A DNA stretch of 45,080 nucleotides, from positions 1 through 45,080 of the IMG/VR virus record IMGVR_UViG_3300005095_000053; one strand, 5' to 3'. Below the pieces are notes generated by a model. The model was not told the DNA's origin. It did not search any database and worked only from the letters and a program-made list of their open reading frames with translations. Both the position numbers and the translations under genes were made by a program. Positions 18,845-29,607 of the stretch are shown piece by piece (position 1 is the stretch's first letter; the number at the start of each line of letters is the position of its first letter). This DNA is from a virus. Its lineage: Duplodnaviria; Caudoviricetes.

Positions 18845-20653
18845 ATGCCTTTTCAATCTCCAGTAATAACAGCTCTACAACAAGGTGGTTCTTTAGTTAA
18901 TCAAACATATAAAAATGCATCAAATACACTTGATTCGGTTTCTAATATCCTTAATATAGCTGGTTCACTAGCAATGAAATTAAATCTCTTATTAGAACAA
19001 GAAGAAGCAAGTAAAATGCAACAAGCAATGAATTATGCTAATTTTATGAGAGAAACATTAAAAGATAAGTTTAACATGAATATGAAAGTAGCTGAATATA
19101 ATTTAGAAAAAGCAAAACTATTACATAACATTGAAAAAGACACAAAAAAACTACAACTTGATGAACAAAAAATGTATCTTGATAGTCTAGAAAAATCAAA
19201 TACAAATATAATAAAAACACTGGATGCTATTAGAAACAACTTAAAAGCACAATACGATGTATTAGATGAAAAAGAAAAACAATATACAACAATTTTAAAT
19301 GATCCAAATTCTACACTTGATCAGATAAATACAGCAAGAAAAGCTCTAGAAAATATAATGAAACAAAAAGTCGAAATAAAAAAAAGAATATCTGATATTT
19401 ATTCAAAATTAGAATCTATATACAGCAATAACAACAATACAATACAACAATTAGAACCACCAATGCAATATAATGAACAACAACATGTTGTTAGACAACT
19501 AGATACAAATTTAATACAAACACAACAAAAAAATAATTTACAAAACAATAATTTAAATAAAAACATAACTACACTTGGTGGTTCTAATTTACAAACACAT
19601 AATAATGCAATTATTGAAGATAACAATAATGTGTATTTTAACAATATTCCAATTTTCTTTAAAAAAGGAGAAAATGTAGTTTTACATAAAAAATTTAAAA
19701 ACTTTATAAAAAATATAGATATTGATGACAATACAGCAATTAATCTTGGTTCTATAATAGCTGGCTCAATAATAAAGGCAAGAGATTCTATAGAAAAAAT
19801 TTCTAATTCTAGCATATCTGGAATAAAAACTAGTTTATTTACTGGAAATAAAAAAGTTGATACGGCTATAGCTGCAAATGTGCTTGGATATATAGAAGAT
19901 AATTTCCCTATTATTGATATTACAAATGAAAGTATAAATGAAGAAAATGTTAAAAAAATTGTTAATGTTGCCAACAAATTAAGACAAATAGTATCTGTAA
20001 ATGATAATTCAAAAACAAGTAATGTATTTAACAATCTATATGAACTTGCAAGATTAGCTGATAATATATTAAAAACAGATCCAAATAAATTATATTCATC
20101 TATAGAAAATCATCTTGGTAAATCAAAAATATCATTACTTTTTGAAAAAATAATACCACTAAATTCAAAAGACATAGAATCTATAGATTATGACCCTAAT
20201 AGATTTAAGAAAACACTATTAGAAGTTGCTGCAAGTTTTATAGAAAATGGTTTTAATGGTAAAAATGTAAGAATGGCATTATCTTTCAATAAAGATCTAT
20301 CAAATTTCTTGAACAAAGATAAAACTGGTGAATGGATAAGTAATTTTGCACCAGAAATATTTTCTAGCGCTAATTTTAGTGATGTTGTAGACATAAAATA
20401 TGATCCATTTTTAAAAGTTGATAATGAAAAAATTAAGTTTAATATAGAACAAATAAAATCAGTATTAAAAGATAAAAACATAGACATAAATAAAAAATAT
20501 AAATTAACATTCTACAAACTTAACTCAATATCACCATATTCACAAGAACCAAAAAAAGTAACAAAAGAATTAACTGGTAGAGAATTGTTAAACTATTTAA
20601 GACATCTAATAATAGTTGATTCAGTAAGAAAATATATACAAAATAATAGTTAA
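18845..20653 (+). CDS. Putative internal virion (ejection) protein, coiled-coil
   Basis: 602 aa Gln/Asn-rich helical protein preceding the giant gene. Confidence 0.5.
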   Translation: MPFQSPVITALQQGGSLVNQTYKNASNTLDSVSNILNIAGSLAMKLNLLLEQEEASKMQQAMNYANFMRETLKDKFNMNMKVAEYNLEKAKLLHNIEKDTKKLQLDEQKMYLDSLEKSNTNIIKTLDAIRNNLKAQYDVLDEKEKQYTTILNDPNSTLDQINTARKALENIMKQKVEIKKRISDIYSKLESIYSNNNNTIQQLEPPMQYNEQQHVVRQLDTNLIQTQQKNNLQNNNLNKNITTLGGSNLQTHNNAIIEDNNNVYFNNIPIFFKKGENVVLHKKFKNFIKNIDIDDNTAINLGSIIAGSIIKARDSIEKISNSSISGIKTSLFTGNKKVDTAIAANVLGYIEDNFPIIDITNESINEENVKKIVNVANKLRQIVSVNDNSKTSNVFNNLYELARLADNILKTDPNKLYSSIENHLGKSKISLLFEKIIPLNSKDIESIDYDPNRFKKTLLEVAASFIENGFNGKNVRMALSFNKDLSNFLNKDKTGEWISNFAPEIFSSANFSDVVDIKYDPFLKVDNEKIKFNIEQIKSVLKDKNIDINKKYKLTFYKLNSISPYSQEPKKVTKELTGRELLNYLRHLIIVDSVRKYIQNNS

Positions 20654-20665
20654 AAGGAATAAGAA

Positions 20666-23600
20666 ATGGGTTTGTTTGATAAACTATTATCTAGTGCAAT
20701 GAATAAAGAATCTACTGATTTTTCTAATAGCGAAATAGATGCACAATCAACATATATTAGAGATGTTCATAATGAAAACACTGGAAATATATCAGGAGCT
20801 TTATTAAGTATAATAGAACCACCTATCAATGTATTAGCATTTGCAAAATATAAGATGTCTGGTGATGAAGATTCTTTTAAGACATATTTACAAAATATTG
20901 GAAAATCACATGAATATAATCCAGCTACAGGTATGCAAGAACATTCTACACTAGAAGAAATAGCACAAGCTGCATCTGAAACAGCTATAGGTATGGGTAG
21001 TGGTTCTCTAGCTTTTAGAACAATAAAAAAATTAACAGAAAATGAATTAGAAAAATTTGCAAAAAAACAAATAAATACTGAATTAACAAAAAAATTATTT
21101 ACATCTGATAGTAAAAAAGATATAGTAAAAGAAACACTAATTCAAGATATATATGCTAATAATCTTGCAACAATAGATCAATTGTCTAGTGAATCTACAT
21201 ATCTAGATAAAAATTCAGATATAAAATCAAACCCTAAAGAAACATTTACATTAGAAAATTATGGTAAAACATTTATTGCTAATACAGTAGCAACAGCATT
21301 ATTGAATTTAGTTGGTAAAGCTGTTAAATTACCATTTTCTATGTTAAGAGATAGACAGATAATAAAAGAAATAAATAATGGAAAATCAATAGTTCTTAAT
21401 TCACAATTACTTGGTCCATATGAAAATGGCTACGAGAATACAAAACTTTTCTTAATTAAACTATCTGAAGAAAACAAAATTCCGATTGTATTTAAAAAAG
21501 AAGACGGAAAATACAATCTATATGATCCAAACAATGAACATGAAAAAGGTGTTATAGAAATAGAAAATAAAGATAACTTACAACAAATTCTTGATAAATA
21601 TGATGGTGGAATAATAGTAAATGAAAAAACAGGAGAAATAACAATAGATATACCAAAATATTTTAAAGCAAGTGGTATTTTAGAAAAAAATGGACAAATT
21701 TTACTTAAAAAAGATGATTTTAATGTTTATAAAATTAAAAAAGAAGACTTATTTAAAAAGAAGATAAAAAATGAACCTATATTTCAAACATCTGACAAAC
21801 AAATAGAATTAAAAAAAGATGAAAATGCAAATAATTTAATAATGTGGGATAAACTTGGAAATCCACAATATATAGATATTAGTGAAATTCTTAAAAGAAA
21901 TGACTTTAAAAATGCATTAGAAGAAGGAAATAAGCAAAAAATATTAAACATAATAAATGGTATTGGAAAAGATCTTGGAATTAAGTTTAGAATTAATAAA
22001 GTAAAATTAACAGATGATATAGATTCTGGTGTCCTTGGATATATTGAACAGAATGGTGATACATACACATTAATGCTAAATAAGAAAAATCCAATAATAG
22101 AAGAAACATTATCGCATGAACTAACACATACACAATACGCAAAACCAAGTGAGATAACTGATCCACTGATAGATGAAGCAACAGCATATACAGATGGAAT
22201 TATAATGGCAAATGATTTAAATGAACTAAATAGTGTAAAAGAAGCCTTTAGAGAAGAAATTGAAGATCAAGAAAAAAATCCATATCCTACAGACAAAATA
22301 TATAAAGAATATAAAGATCATAATGAATTAAGAAATAAAATAAAAGATTCTACATTTAATTTAATTAAGTTAAAAGAAGATTTGTTAAATAAAAAAATAG
22401 ATAAATTTGATTTTAATGATGCACTTTACAAACATTTGGAACTATTAAGAAAAGGTAGAGAATCAGACAAAATAATAAGCAAAGAAATACATTCATATAA
22501 AAAGAACATAAGATTAATGAGAAATTCATTATTAGAAAAAGATCCAGAAGAATGGGCTAGTGATCTTATAACATTAAAAACAAAAAATAAAATGAAAAAA
22601 TATTTAGAAAAATTATTTGAAGATAAAGGTGTAAAATTAAATAAAAAAATTAAAGAAATTATTGACGATCTCGTAGAAGACATTGATGCAATAGTAAATG
22701 GTGAACAATTTAAAAACTTTGACAAAGATCAAAAAATAGATGCAATTAAAGATTTGCTAACAAATAAATATGATAAACAAACGCTATCATATGAAGAAAA
22801 ACAAAATTTATCATATGTTAGTGGATATAAAGAATTAATTGATGAATTAAAAAGAAACAAAAAAATAAATGTAAAAATTGATGACAATTCAATAATAGAA
22901 TTATTAAAAAATGAATTAGATGCTACAGATGAAGAAATAAAAAGTGTAATTAATAATTTAAAAAACAAAAGATTTAATGAAAAAGATGGAAAAGAAACAA
23001 ATTTATGGGATGACTTAAAAAAAGATGGAATATTTATAGATCTAGAACCAGTTAAGTTAACATCTAGAAATAAACCTGTAGAAAATGGATTAATAAAAAT
23101 AAGTTTGAAAAAAGCACAAGAATCTGGAATTGATATAAGAAATGCAATAAATTATGAAGAATTTGTAAATACTAAAAAAATAAATCCAAAATATCATTAT
23201 ATTGTTGTTAAGCCAACACCAAGAGTTAGTAATTCATTAGTCTCATATATAAGAAGATTATTAAGAATACATAGAAAAAATGTAAAAGCACAAAATAAAA
23301 TAAAAAGATTTGAAGAAAAAAAAGAGAGTCTAAAAAAAGTAAAACTAGAAGAAAGATTTAAAAAAATAGACTTAAAAGAAGATGTAAATGTTGACATGGT
23401 AAAACAAATGAAAGCAAATATCATTATAAATACATATAATCTTATGTATAAAAATGGAGCAAAAAAAGCATTAGAAAAACTTGAATATTTAAAAGATATG
23501 TATATATCAAAAATAGATAGAGATATTAAAAAACTTGAAAAAGATTTAGATTCAATAGTTTCATCTTATGATAAGAAAAAATTAAAAGAACTTATAAAAA

Positions 23601-26600
23601 ACAATAAAAAAAAGGTATCATCTATATTAAAAAAAATATCAAAAATTAATAATGCAAATGATGCAATATCTCTACTAAAAAAAGTTGAAAAATTAGAAAA
23701 AATATTTAATGAAGTAGATATTAAAGACAAAGCATTAAAAAATATTTTAATGAAAATAAAAAGTTTATTAAAATTTAAAATTGGTATATTAAAAGTATAT
23801 TATGTAGCAAAATCATATGTTGATAAATTGAGAACAAAAGAATTAGATGTTTCATCTAGAATAGATAGAGTAGAGGATTTAGATTATTTACTAAACGAAT
23901 ATCTAGACTACAAAAAATCTATGAATGATACATGGGAAACAATAAATGAATTAAAAAATACAGATTTTGCATCTAATACTGATCTTGCTTATACACAAAT
24001 AGATGAATACGATATGTCAAAAGAAGATATGATAAAAGATCTTCAACTACAAGCACAACAATACGAATTTATGATGAATGCAACAAAAAAAAGAATAAAA
24101 GAAGAGTTTGGTCTAAATGATAAACAAATAAATCAAATAATTAAAAAGATAGAGGATGAAAAAGATAAATTCATAAATGATATAAAAAAATCAATAGACA
24201 AAGATATAAATGATAAGACTGAACTAAATGAAGCTGAAAAAAAAGTAAGACTCAATGCAATCAAGAAGTGGTTCTATAACATAAATAAAAAACAAAAATT
24301 AGATTATAAAACAAGAATAGAAATAGCAAACAAATTTATAGAAGATATGTTAGAAGAATTTAAATCAGTAATAACAAGAAAAAATAAGATAGCTGATTCT
24401 ATTAATAAACTATCAGAGATAGATGAAAAAGTTATATCAGATATTTTACCAGTTACAAAAGAAGATATAAAAGATGCAGCTAATCTTATAAGTACAAAGC
24501 TATCTATATCTAATACTACTCTAAAAGGTGAAGATAGTATTAAAATAGATGTAGAAATAACAAACATAGTTGATACATTTGCAAATATTGAAAAAATGAA
24601 AGATGCTGTATATAAAATAAGATTAAATCCTATTTTATTGTTTGAAAAAGTAGAAGAATCTCCTATAGTTATTACACATGAAATTGCTCATGCTGTATCA
24701 GATGATATTACAATTGATATGCTTAAAAAAATAGAAAATATTGTAACTGATGAATTGAGAAAACTTGATGATGACAAAAAACTATATAACAAATATAAAA
24801 AGATATTAGAACTAGAACCACACAACTCTGACGAAAGAAAAGCTGTCATTATGGGATTCTATGCACTAAATGAATTATTAAGAAAAAATAACGCTATAAG
24901 AGATCTATACAAAGATTATAAATTTTCTTCTGATATGAGAACACTTATAGAAGAATCACTAACAGATGAAGAAAAAGAAATATTATTTAACTTTGAAAGA
25001 CAATTTGATATTATGCTTAATTCTTCACCAGAACTCAAACTTATATTACAAAAAAGAAAACTAAAAAACATTGAATTTCTTGATGATAAATTGATATTTT
25101 TATCAATAGTAGAAGATAAAAATTATTATAAAACAATAGTAAATGCAATATCTGAATTTGGATTATTAGAACCACTGACGATCAATAGAGAAAGACAAGT
25201 TATAGAAAGAATAACATCATTACAAAAAGCAGCAGATGAAAAATTAATGAGTAGTGTTACAACAACACTTGAAAAAACTTTAGAACAACTAAAAAAATAT
25301 GCAAAAACTGATGAAGAATTTGAAAATATCAATTATTTTCTTGGTGTAATGACATCACTAGGACTACATAAACTTGAATCACTTGATGCAAAACCAGATA
25401 AAAAAATAATAGATCATATTATTTACACTATTTTAAAACAAACAAAAAATGAAAAAAAAGAAATAGATACAAAAGGATTAAAAAAATTATATGCTGGATT
25501 ATATGCTATAGTGGATAATAAATATTTTGATGGTGAAATAGCAAACACAAGAGTTCTTGCAAGAGAAATAATGAAGTTTTTAAAAAGAAACAATATAATA
25601 GTTGATGATTATGCTGGAACTAGAAGATGGATAATTGAAGTTTTAGATAAAGAAGTTGCAATAAGAAAATATGAAAAATTCAAAAAAATAAGTTCTAAAC
25701 CATATATAAGTAAAGTAGAAAAGATATTTGAAAATAAAGATTTAATGAGAGATATAAAAACATTACAAACAATAATAGAAGTACAATTAGAAAACATAGG
25801 ATTGTATAGTAATCAATTTGCATACAATCCAGAATTTGTTTTTTCAAAATATGATAGAAAATTGTTACTACTAGACAATAAGCCAAAAAATCAATTCAAT
25901 ATGAAATTACTAAAAACAATAAAAATCGATGGAAGAAATATGTATTTATATATAGCTGACACACCAGACATGATACTTGGATATCAAGATAGTGTTATAG
26001 CAGCTTTTAATGCTACTAGATTTGAATCTGGTGTATATGAAATAAGAATGAATAAAAATAAAATAGGATATGATAAAAAAAGAAAAAAATTTTATTTTGT
26101 TGATAGAGTAAAAACAAAAAAAGGAAAAACATTTACTAAAAAAACATATATAAACGATAATGTTTTTAGAATAAAAAAAGACAATAATGACTGGGTAATC
26201 TATTATAGAGTTGATCCAGAAGAATTAAGAAGATTTAAATTATTTGGAGAATACAAAGACTTCATTGATATATCATTTACAAAACAATTTGAAAGAAATA
26301 TTTATTTAATTAAAAAATATCAAATTTACAAAGAAACAAGATTACAACAATTTCAATTAGGTAAAAAATTTAATGTTTTACTATCAAAACCAGAATATGA
26401 AGAATTACCTATTGAAGAACAAAATAAATATTTTAAATATTATACGATGGATTTTGGTGCAGTGTATGTAAATAAAAAATTTGAACATCATATAAAAGGA
26501 ACAAAAGGAATAAATATACACAATATATTAAGATCATTTATTGATGATAGGAAAACGATATATAGAATAGAGTCATTAATAATTAGACCATTAATAGGTA

Positions 26601-27526
26601 TGTTAAGAATATTAAGAACATCATTAATTACATTAAATGTTGCATCATGGATAAACAATTATATCTCATCGCATATGATAGGAATTATTGCTGTTGGACA
26701 TACTGACTATTTAAGAAATTTAAGAAAAGTTCCAAAATTATTTGATGAGTATAAAGAACTACAAAAAGAACTTGCAATAGCATACAATGAATATATTGTT
26801 GATCCAAATGATTTAAATTATTTAAAATACAAAAATAAAGAGTCTGAATTAAAAAACCATATTTTACATGATGCTTTTGATAATGGAATAGTTACATCAA
26901 TTAGAAGTGATGCATATGAAGTTGGAGCATATAAAGAAAATGCATTATTTAAAACAATGAGACCATTTTTTAAAGATAAAAAAGCATATGAGTTATTTAA
27001 AAATTATTGGGCATTACCAGATAGTAAATTTGGAACATTTCTTGGTAATTATTTTGATAAAACAGAAATATATCCAAAACTAGCAACATATTTAGCTGTT
27101 ATAGAACAAGGTGGTTCTAAAGATCTAGCTGTTCAGAAAGTACTAATGCATTATCCTAATTATGCTATAAATCTACATCCAGCATTAGCAATACTTGATA
27201 CATTTACTCCATATACAAAATGGATGGTAAACTATCCTAAAATGATGTATTATGCACTTGGCAATGGTGGTTCTACATTTAGAACATTATTATTTTTAAT
27301 GTCATATTCTTTATTGTTAAATTCTGGATATGATGATAAAAAATCAAAAAAAGATAAATGGTTTTATGAACATGATTTTATGAAAATTAATGATGAAATG
27401 TATTATTATATAGGAAGTATGTATTTCTTTTTACCACCTAATATTATTGATAGAAGTATATTTGGAGCAATACCTGATAGATTTTTAATACCATATAGAA
27501 TAAATCCAATAACAAAGACAGACTAA
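20666..27526 (+). CDS. Giant (2286 aa) putative ejection/polyvalent protein with two zincin-like HExxH motifs
   Basis: TLSHELTH and VITHEIAH, long Lys/Glu coiled coils; last gene of the virion arm. Confidence 0.6.
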   Translation: MGLFDKLLSSAMNKESTDFSNSEIDAQSTYIRDVHNENTGNISGALLSIIEPPINVLAFAKYKMSGDEDSFKTYLQNIGKSHEYNPATGMQEHSTLEEIAQAASETAIGMGSGSLAFRTIKKLTENELEKFAKKQINTELTKKLFTSDSKKDIVKETLIQDIYANNLATIDQLSSESTYLDKNSDIKSNPKETFTLENYGKTFIANTVATALLNLVGKAVKLPFSMLRDRQIIKEINNGKSIVLNSQLLGPYENGYENTKLFLIKLSEENKIPIVFKKEDGKYNLYDPNNEHEKGVIEIENKDNLQQILDKYDGGIIVNEKTGEITIDIPKYFKASGILEKNGQILLKKDDFNVYKIKKEDLFKKKIKNEPIFQTSDKQIELKKDENANNLIMWDKLGNPQYIDISEILKRNDFKNALEEGNKQKILNIINGIGKDLGIKFRINKVKLTDDIDSGVLGYIEQNGDTYTLMLNKKNPIIEETLSHELTHTQYAKPSEITDPLIDEATAYTDGIIMANDLNELNSVKEAFREEIEDQEKNPYPTDKIYKEYKDHNELRNKIKDSTFNLIKLKEDLLNKKIDKFDFNDALYKHLELLRKGRESDKIISKEIHSYKKNIRLMRNSLLEKDPEEWASDLITLKTKNKMKKYLEKLFEDKGVKLNKKIKEIIDDLVEDIDAIVNGEQFKNFDKDQKIDAIKDLLTNKYDKQTLSYEEKQNLSYVSGYKELIDELKRNKKINVKIDDNSIIELLKNELDATDEEIKSVINNLKNKRFNEKDGKETNLWDDLKKDGIFIDLEPVKLTSRNKPVENGLIKISLKKAQESGIDIRNAINYEEFVNTKKINPKYHYIVVKPTPRVSNSLVSYIRRLLRIHRKNVKAQNKIKRFEEKKESLKKVKLEERFKKIDLKEDVNVDMVKQMKANIIINTYNLMYKNGAKKALEKLEYLKDMYISKIDRDIKKLEKDLDSIVSSYDKKKLKELIKNNKKKVSSILKKISKINNANDAISLLKKVEKLEKIFNEVDIKDKALKNILMKIKSLLKFKIGILKVYYVAKSYVDKLRTKELDVSSRIDRVEDLDYLLNEYLDYKKSMNDTWETINELKNTDFASNTDLAYTQIDEYDMSKEDMIKDLQLQAQQYEFMMNATKKRIKEEFGLNDKQINQIIKKIEDEKDKFINDIKKSIDKDINDKTELNEAEKKVRLNAIKKWFYNINKKQKLDYKTRIEIANKFIEDMLEEFKSVITRKNKIADSINKLSEIDEKVISDILPVTKEDIKDAANLISTKLSISNTTLKGEDSIKIDVEITNIVDTFANIEKMKDAVYKIRLNPILLFEKVEESPIVITHEIAHAVSDDITIDMLKKIENIVTDELRKLDDDKKLYNKYKKILELEPHNSDERKAVIMGFYALNELLRKNNAIRDLYKDYKFSSDMRTLIEESLTDEEKEILFNFERQFDIMLNSSPELKLILQKRKLKNIEFLDDKLIFLSIVEDKNYYKTIVNAISEFGLLEPLTINRERQVIERITSLQKAADEKLMSSVTTTLEKTLEQLKKYAKTDEEFENINYFLGVMTSLGLHKLESLDAKPDKKIIDHIIYTILKQTKNEKKEIDTKGLKKLYAGLYAIVDNKYFDGEIANTRVLAREIMKFLKRNNIIVDDYAGTRRWIIEVLDKEVAIRKYEKFKKISSKPYISKVEKIFENKDLMRDIKTLQTIIEVQLENIGLYSNQFAYNPEFVFSKYDRKLLLLDNKPKNQFNMKLLKTIKIDGRNMYLYIADTPDMILGYQDSVIAAFNATRFESGVYEIRMNKNKIGYDKKRKKFYFVDRVKTKKGKTFTKKTYINDNVFRIKKDNNDWVIYYRVDPEELRRFKLFGEYKDFIDISFTKQFERNIYLIKKYQIYKETRLQQFQLGKKFNVLLSKPEYEELPIEEQNKYFKYYTMDFGAVYVNKKFEHHIKGTKGINIHNILRSFIDDRKTIYRIESLIIRPLIGMLRILRTSLITLNVASWINNYISSHMIGIIAVGHTDYLRNLRKVPKLFDEYKELQKELAIAYNEYIVDPNDLNYLKYKNKESELKNHILHDAFDNGIVTSIRSDAYEVGAYKENALFKTMRPFFKDKKAYELFKNYWALPDSKFGTFLGNYFDKTEIYPKLATYLAVIEQGGSKDLAVQKVLMHYPNYAINLHPALAILDTFTPYTKWMVNYPKMMYYALGNGGSTFRTLLFLMSYSLLLNSGYDDKKSKKDKWFYEHDFMKINDEMYYYIGSMYFFLPPNIIDRSIFGAIPDRFLIPYRINPITKTD

Positions 27527-27534
27527 AGTCTGTC
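27517..27534. terminator. Hairpin at the convergence of the two transcription arms
   Basis: GACAGAC-TAAA-GTCTGTC spanning the overlapping stop codons of the + and - genes. Confidence 0.5.
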
Positions 27535-27663
27535 ATAATATTTCTCATAAAAACTTTTTTTACTACAATCACATTTGATTTTACATCTAAAATATGCAAA
27601 TAATAATCTAAAAAATAAATAACCAATTAATAATATTGCTATTATCCATTCAAGAGCCACCAT
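27523..27663 (-). CDS. Small membrane peptide (46 aa)
   Basis: MVALEWIIAILLIGYLFFRLLFAYF; AAGG before ATG 27663. Confidence 0.5.
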   Translation of the reverse strand: MVALEWIIAILLIGYLFFRLLFAYFRCKIKCDCSKKSFYEKYYDRL

Positions 27664-28114
27664 GATATACCTTTTTGTTATTTTTTTTATTTTCAATACC
27701 ATACACACATATTAAATATGCATCACAAATACCATCTAACAATCCATTTCTTTTACCATAACATTTTAGTGTATTGTCTAATTCTAATGCTTTTTTACAT
27801 GATTCTTTTTTATCTTTTTTTATCAAACTAAAATATTTCTTCCATGCAAGTGGTTCTATTAATTCATATTCAACTCCATGAGATTGTAATACGCCTATTA
27901 TAAATCCAAGATTGTAACCAAAAGTAAATGTTGATTTAACCCCTTGTTTTGGCATTGAATGTACTCTTTCAACAAAAGCAAATATATTATTATAATTTCT
28001 TAATATGTTGAATAAAAACATTTCATTCATTTTAGATGATGCAATAATATTTTTATTTTCATTTAATAGAACCACTCCACCATTTTTTCCTACATCTATA
28101 CCAAGATAATACAT
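27650..28114 (-). CDS. RuvC-like Holliday junction resolvase
   Basis: YLGIDVG, FVERV..MP.QGV.STFTFG, P..WKK, DGICDA. Confidence 0.85.
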   Translation of the reverse strand: MYYLGIDVGKNGGVVLLNENKNIIASSKMNEMFLFNILRNYNNIFAFVERVHSMPKQGVKSTFTFGYNLGFIIGVLQSHGVEYELIEPLAWKKYFSLIKKDKKESCKKALELDNTLKCYGKRNGLLDGICDAYLICVYGIENKKNNKKVYHGGS

Positions 28115-28123
28115 TTCATTCCT

Positions 28124-28216
28124 TTAAAATATACTTTTAATAAAAACTAATAATGCAATTACTATTATAAATAAATGAGCTATAAAAAATAGCCCATTTA
28201 TTTCTAAAAAACTCAT
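28124..28216 (-). CDS. Possible 30-aa membrane micropeptide
   Basis: MSFLEINGLFFIAHLFIIVIALLVFIKSIF; ATGA overlap with the upstream stop and fills the gap. Confidence 0.35.
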   Translation of the reverse strand: MSFLEINGLFFIAHLFIIVIALLVFIKSIF

Positions 28217-28401
28217 TTTGCTTTCTTCTTTAATGCAAAATTTTTTGCAAAACAAGCTCTTTTTTTTGTTGTTTTATTTTTTGATTTACAACCTTCTTCT
28301 ATGCATTTTTTTGTTACTCCTTTATATCCCTTGTTTTTACAATATCTTGTAAATTTTCCTTTATTTTTTGGATCTATTTTTATATTTGTTTTTTTATTCA
28401 T
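28213..28401 (-). CDS. Small highly basic Cys-containing protein
   Basis: IKIDPKNKGKFTRYC...C...C...KRACFAKNF; AGGAGG RBS. Confidence 0.7.
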   Translation of the reverse strand: MNKKTNIKIDPKNKGKFTRYCKNKGYKGVTKKCIEEGCKSKNKTTKKRACFAKNFALKKKAK

Positions 28402-28882
28402 TGATACCTCCTTTTAGATTAAATGGTTTTTTATTAGTTACTTTTTTAAACAATATCAATGGTTTTTTTTCTGGAAAAATATCAATAAATAAATTTGATG
28501 CCGTTTCTATTGAGTTATTAAATATTTTTTTATCAAAATCCATTGATGCATTTTTTAATAATTCATAAAAATCAAAATTAAATGTAAAATCTTTTTTATC
28601 AACAATTGTTTTATGATAAAACATAATAGTTAAAACAATTGTCATTAAATCTATATCGTTTAATGAATCATTACTGATTCTTTTTAACAAAAATGTCTCT
28701 ATTTTTTTGTTTGCTATTGTTTTTTTAATATTATCTAACATTTTATATAAAAACTCTATATCAAAATCATTTTTTGTTTTTTCATATATTTTTACACTAT
28801 TTTTATTTTCAGTAAACATTTTTTGCAAAAAAGCATATGATAATAATAATAATGCTCTTTCCTTTAATTGATATTTCTTCAT
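28394..28882 (-). CDS. Hypothetical protein
   Basis: 162-aa ORF overlapping both neighbours. Confidence 0.65.
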   Translation of the reverse strand: MKKYQLKERALLLLSYAFLQKMFTENKNSVKIYEKTKNDFDIEFLYKMLDNIKKTIANKKIETFLLKRISNDSLNDIDLMTIVLTIMFYHKTIVDKKDFTFNFDFYELLKNASMDFDKKIFNNSIETASNLFIDIFPEKKPLILFKKVTNKKPFNLKGGINE

Positions 28883-29223
28883 CTTTCATCTCCTTTAAAT
28901 ACATCATTTGATATAAAGCTCCATATACCATTCTTTTTTTCTTTATAAACAATTACACTATCAGTTGCATTGTTAGCTTTATTATCTAAATAATCCACTG
29001 CTAGTTGTGCATATCCAGCAATATCTCTCCAATTATCTATATATCTTGAACCACCATTGATTATTCTTGCAAGTTTATGTGCAATCATTTCAAATGCTTC
29101 ATTTATTGTTGCATCTATTTCATCTGTGATATTTGCATAATACATATCTTTAATTTTTTGACTAATTTCAGATATTTCTTGAAAATCACCATATATTTTT
29201 TTTCTTTGTTCTAGTGTGTTCAT
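28879..29223 (-). CDS. DUF6378-like protein
   Basis: TLEQR...YGDF...MIAHKLARIING....DNWRDIAGYAQL. Confidence 0.75.
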   Translation of the reverse strand: MNTLEQRKKIYGDFQEISEISQKIKDMYYANITDEIDATINEAFEMIAHKLARIINGGSRYIDNWRDIAGYAQLAVDYLDNKANNATDSVIVYKEKKNGIWSFISNDVFKGDER

Positions 29224-29350
29224 TTATACCTCCTTTATATTTTTTTTCTTTTTTATAATCTTTGTACCATCTATGCTGTATCCAAAAAGCATTATATACA
29301 GAACCAATTGCTGAAAGCAAAGAAAATAAAAGAATTAAAGTATCTTTCAT
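29186..29350 (-). CDS. Small membrane peptide
   Basis: MKDTLILLFSLLSAIGSVYNAFW; AAGGA RBS. Confidence 0.45.
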   Translation of the reverse strand: MKDTLILLFSLLSAIGSVYNAFWIQHRWYKDYKKEKKYKGGINEHTRTKKKNIW

Positions 29351-29361
29351 TGTTTTCCTTT

Positions 29362-29607
29362 CTAATGCCAAAAAATTAAATAATTATATTCATCTATGAT
29401 ATTTGACATATTGTTCTTATATTTAAAACCAATGTAGTCAAACAATTTAATTAACTTATCATCTGATAATTCATTTATGTCAACTCTTATTTCTTGTTCA
29501 CCGTTAGAATCATTAATCCATTCTTGATAATTTATATTGTTACAATAAAGAAATTTTGTTAATGATGATAAATTTATTCTAATAAATAATGCTTTTAAAG
29601 CTTTCAT
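29362..29607 (-). CDS. Hypothetical protein
   Basis: 81-aa ORF with ATGA overlap. Confidence 0.6.
   Translation of the reverse strand: MKALKALFIRINLSSLTKFLYCNNINYQEWINDSNGEQEIRVDINELSDDKLIKLFDYIGFKYKNNMSNIIDEYNYLIFWH

Noticed and set aside
19399-20034. 211-aa antisense ORF and the many other 60-117 aa antisense ORFs in the track
   Set aside because: They lie wholly opposite well-supported genes and have the Phe/Leu/Ser/Ile-rich composition expected of shadow frames of A-rich genes.
20666-27526. Virion RNA polymerase call for the giant gene
   Set aside because: No T7-type motif A/B/C set or DxDGD motif was identifiable, and it is much shorter than N4 vRNAP.
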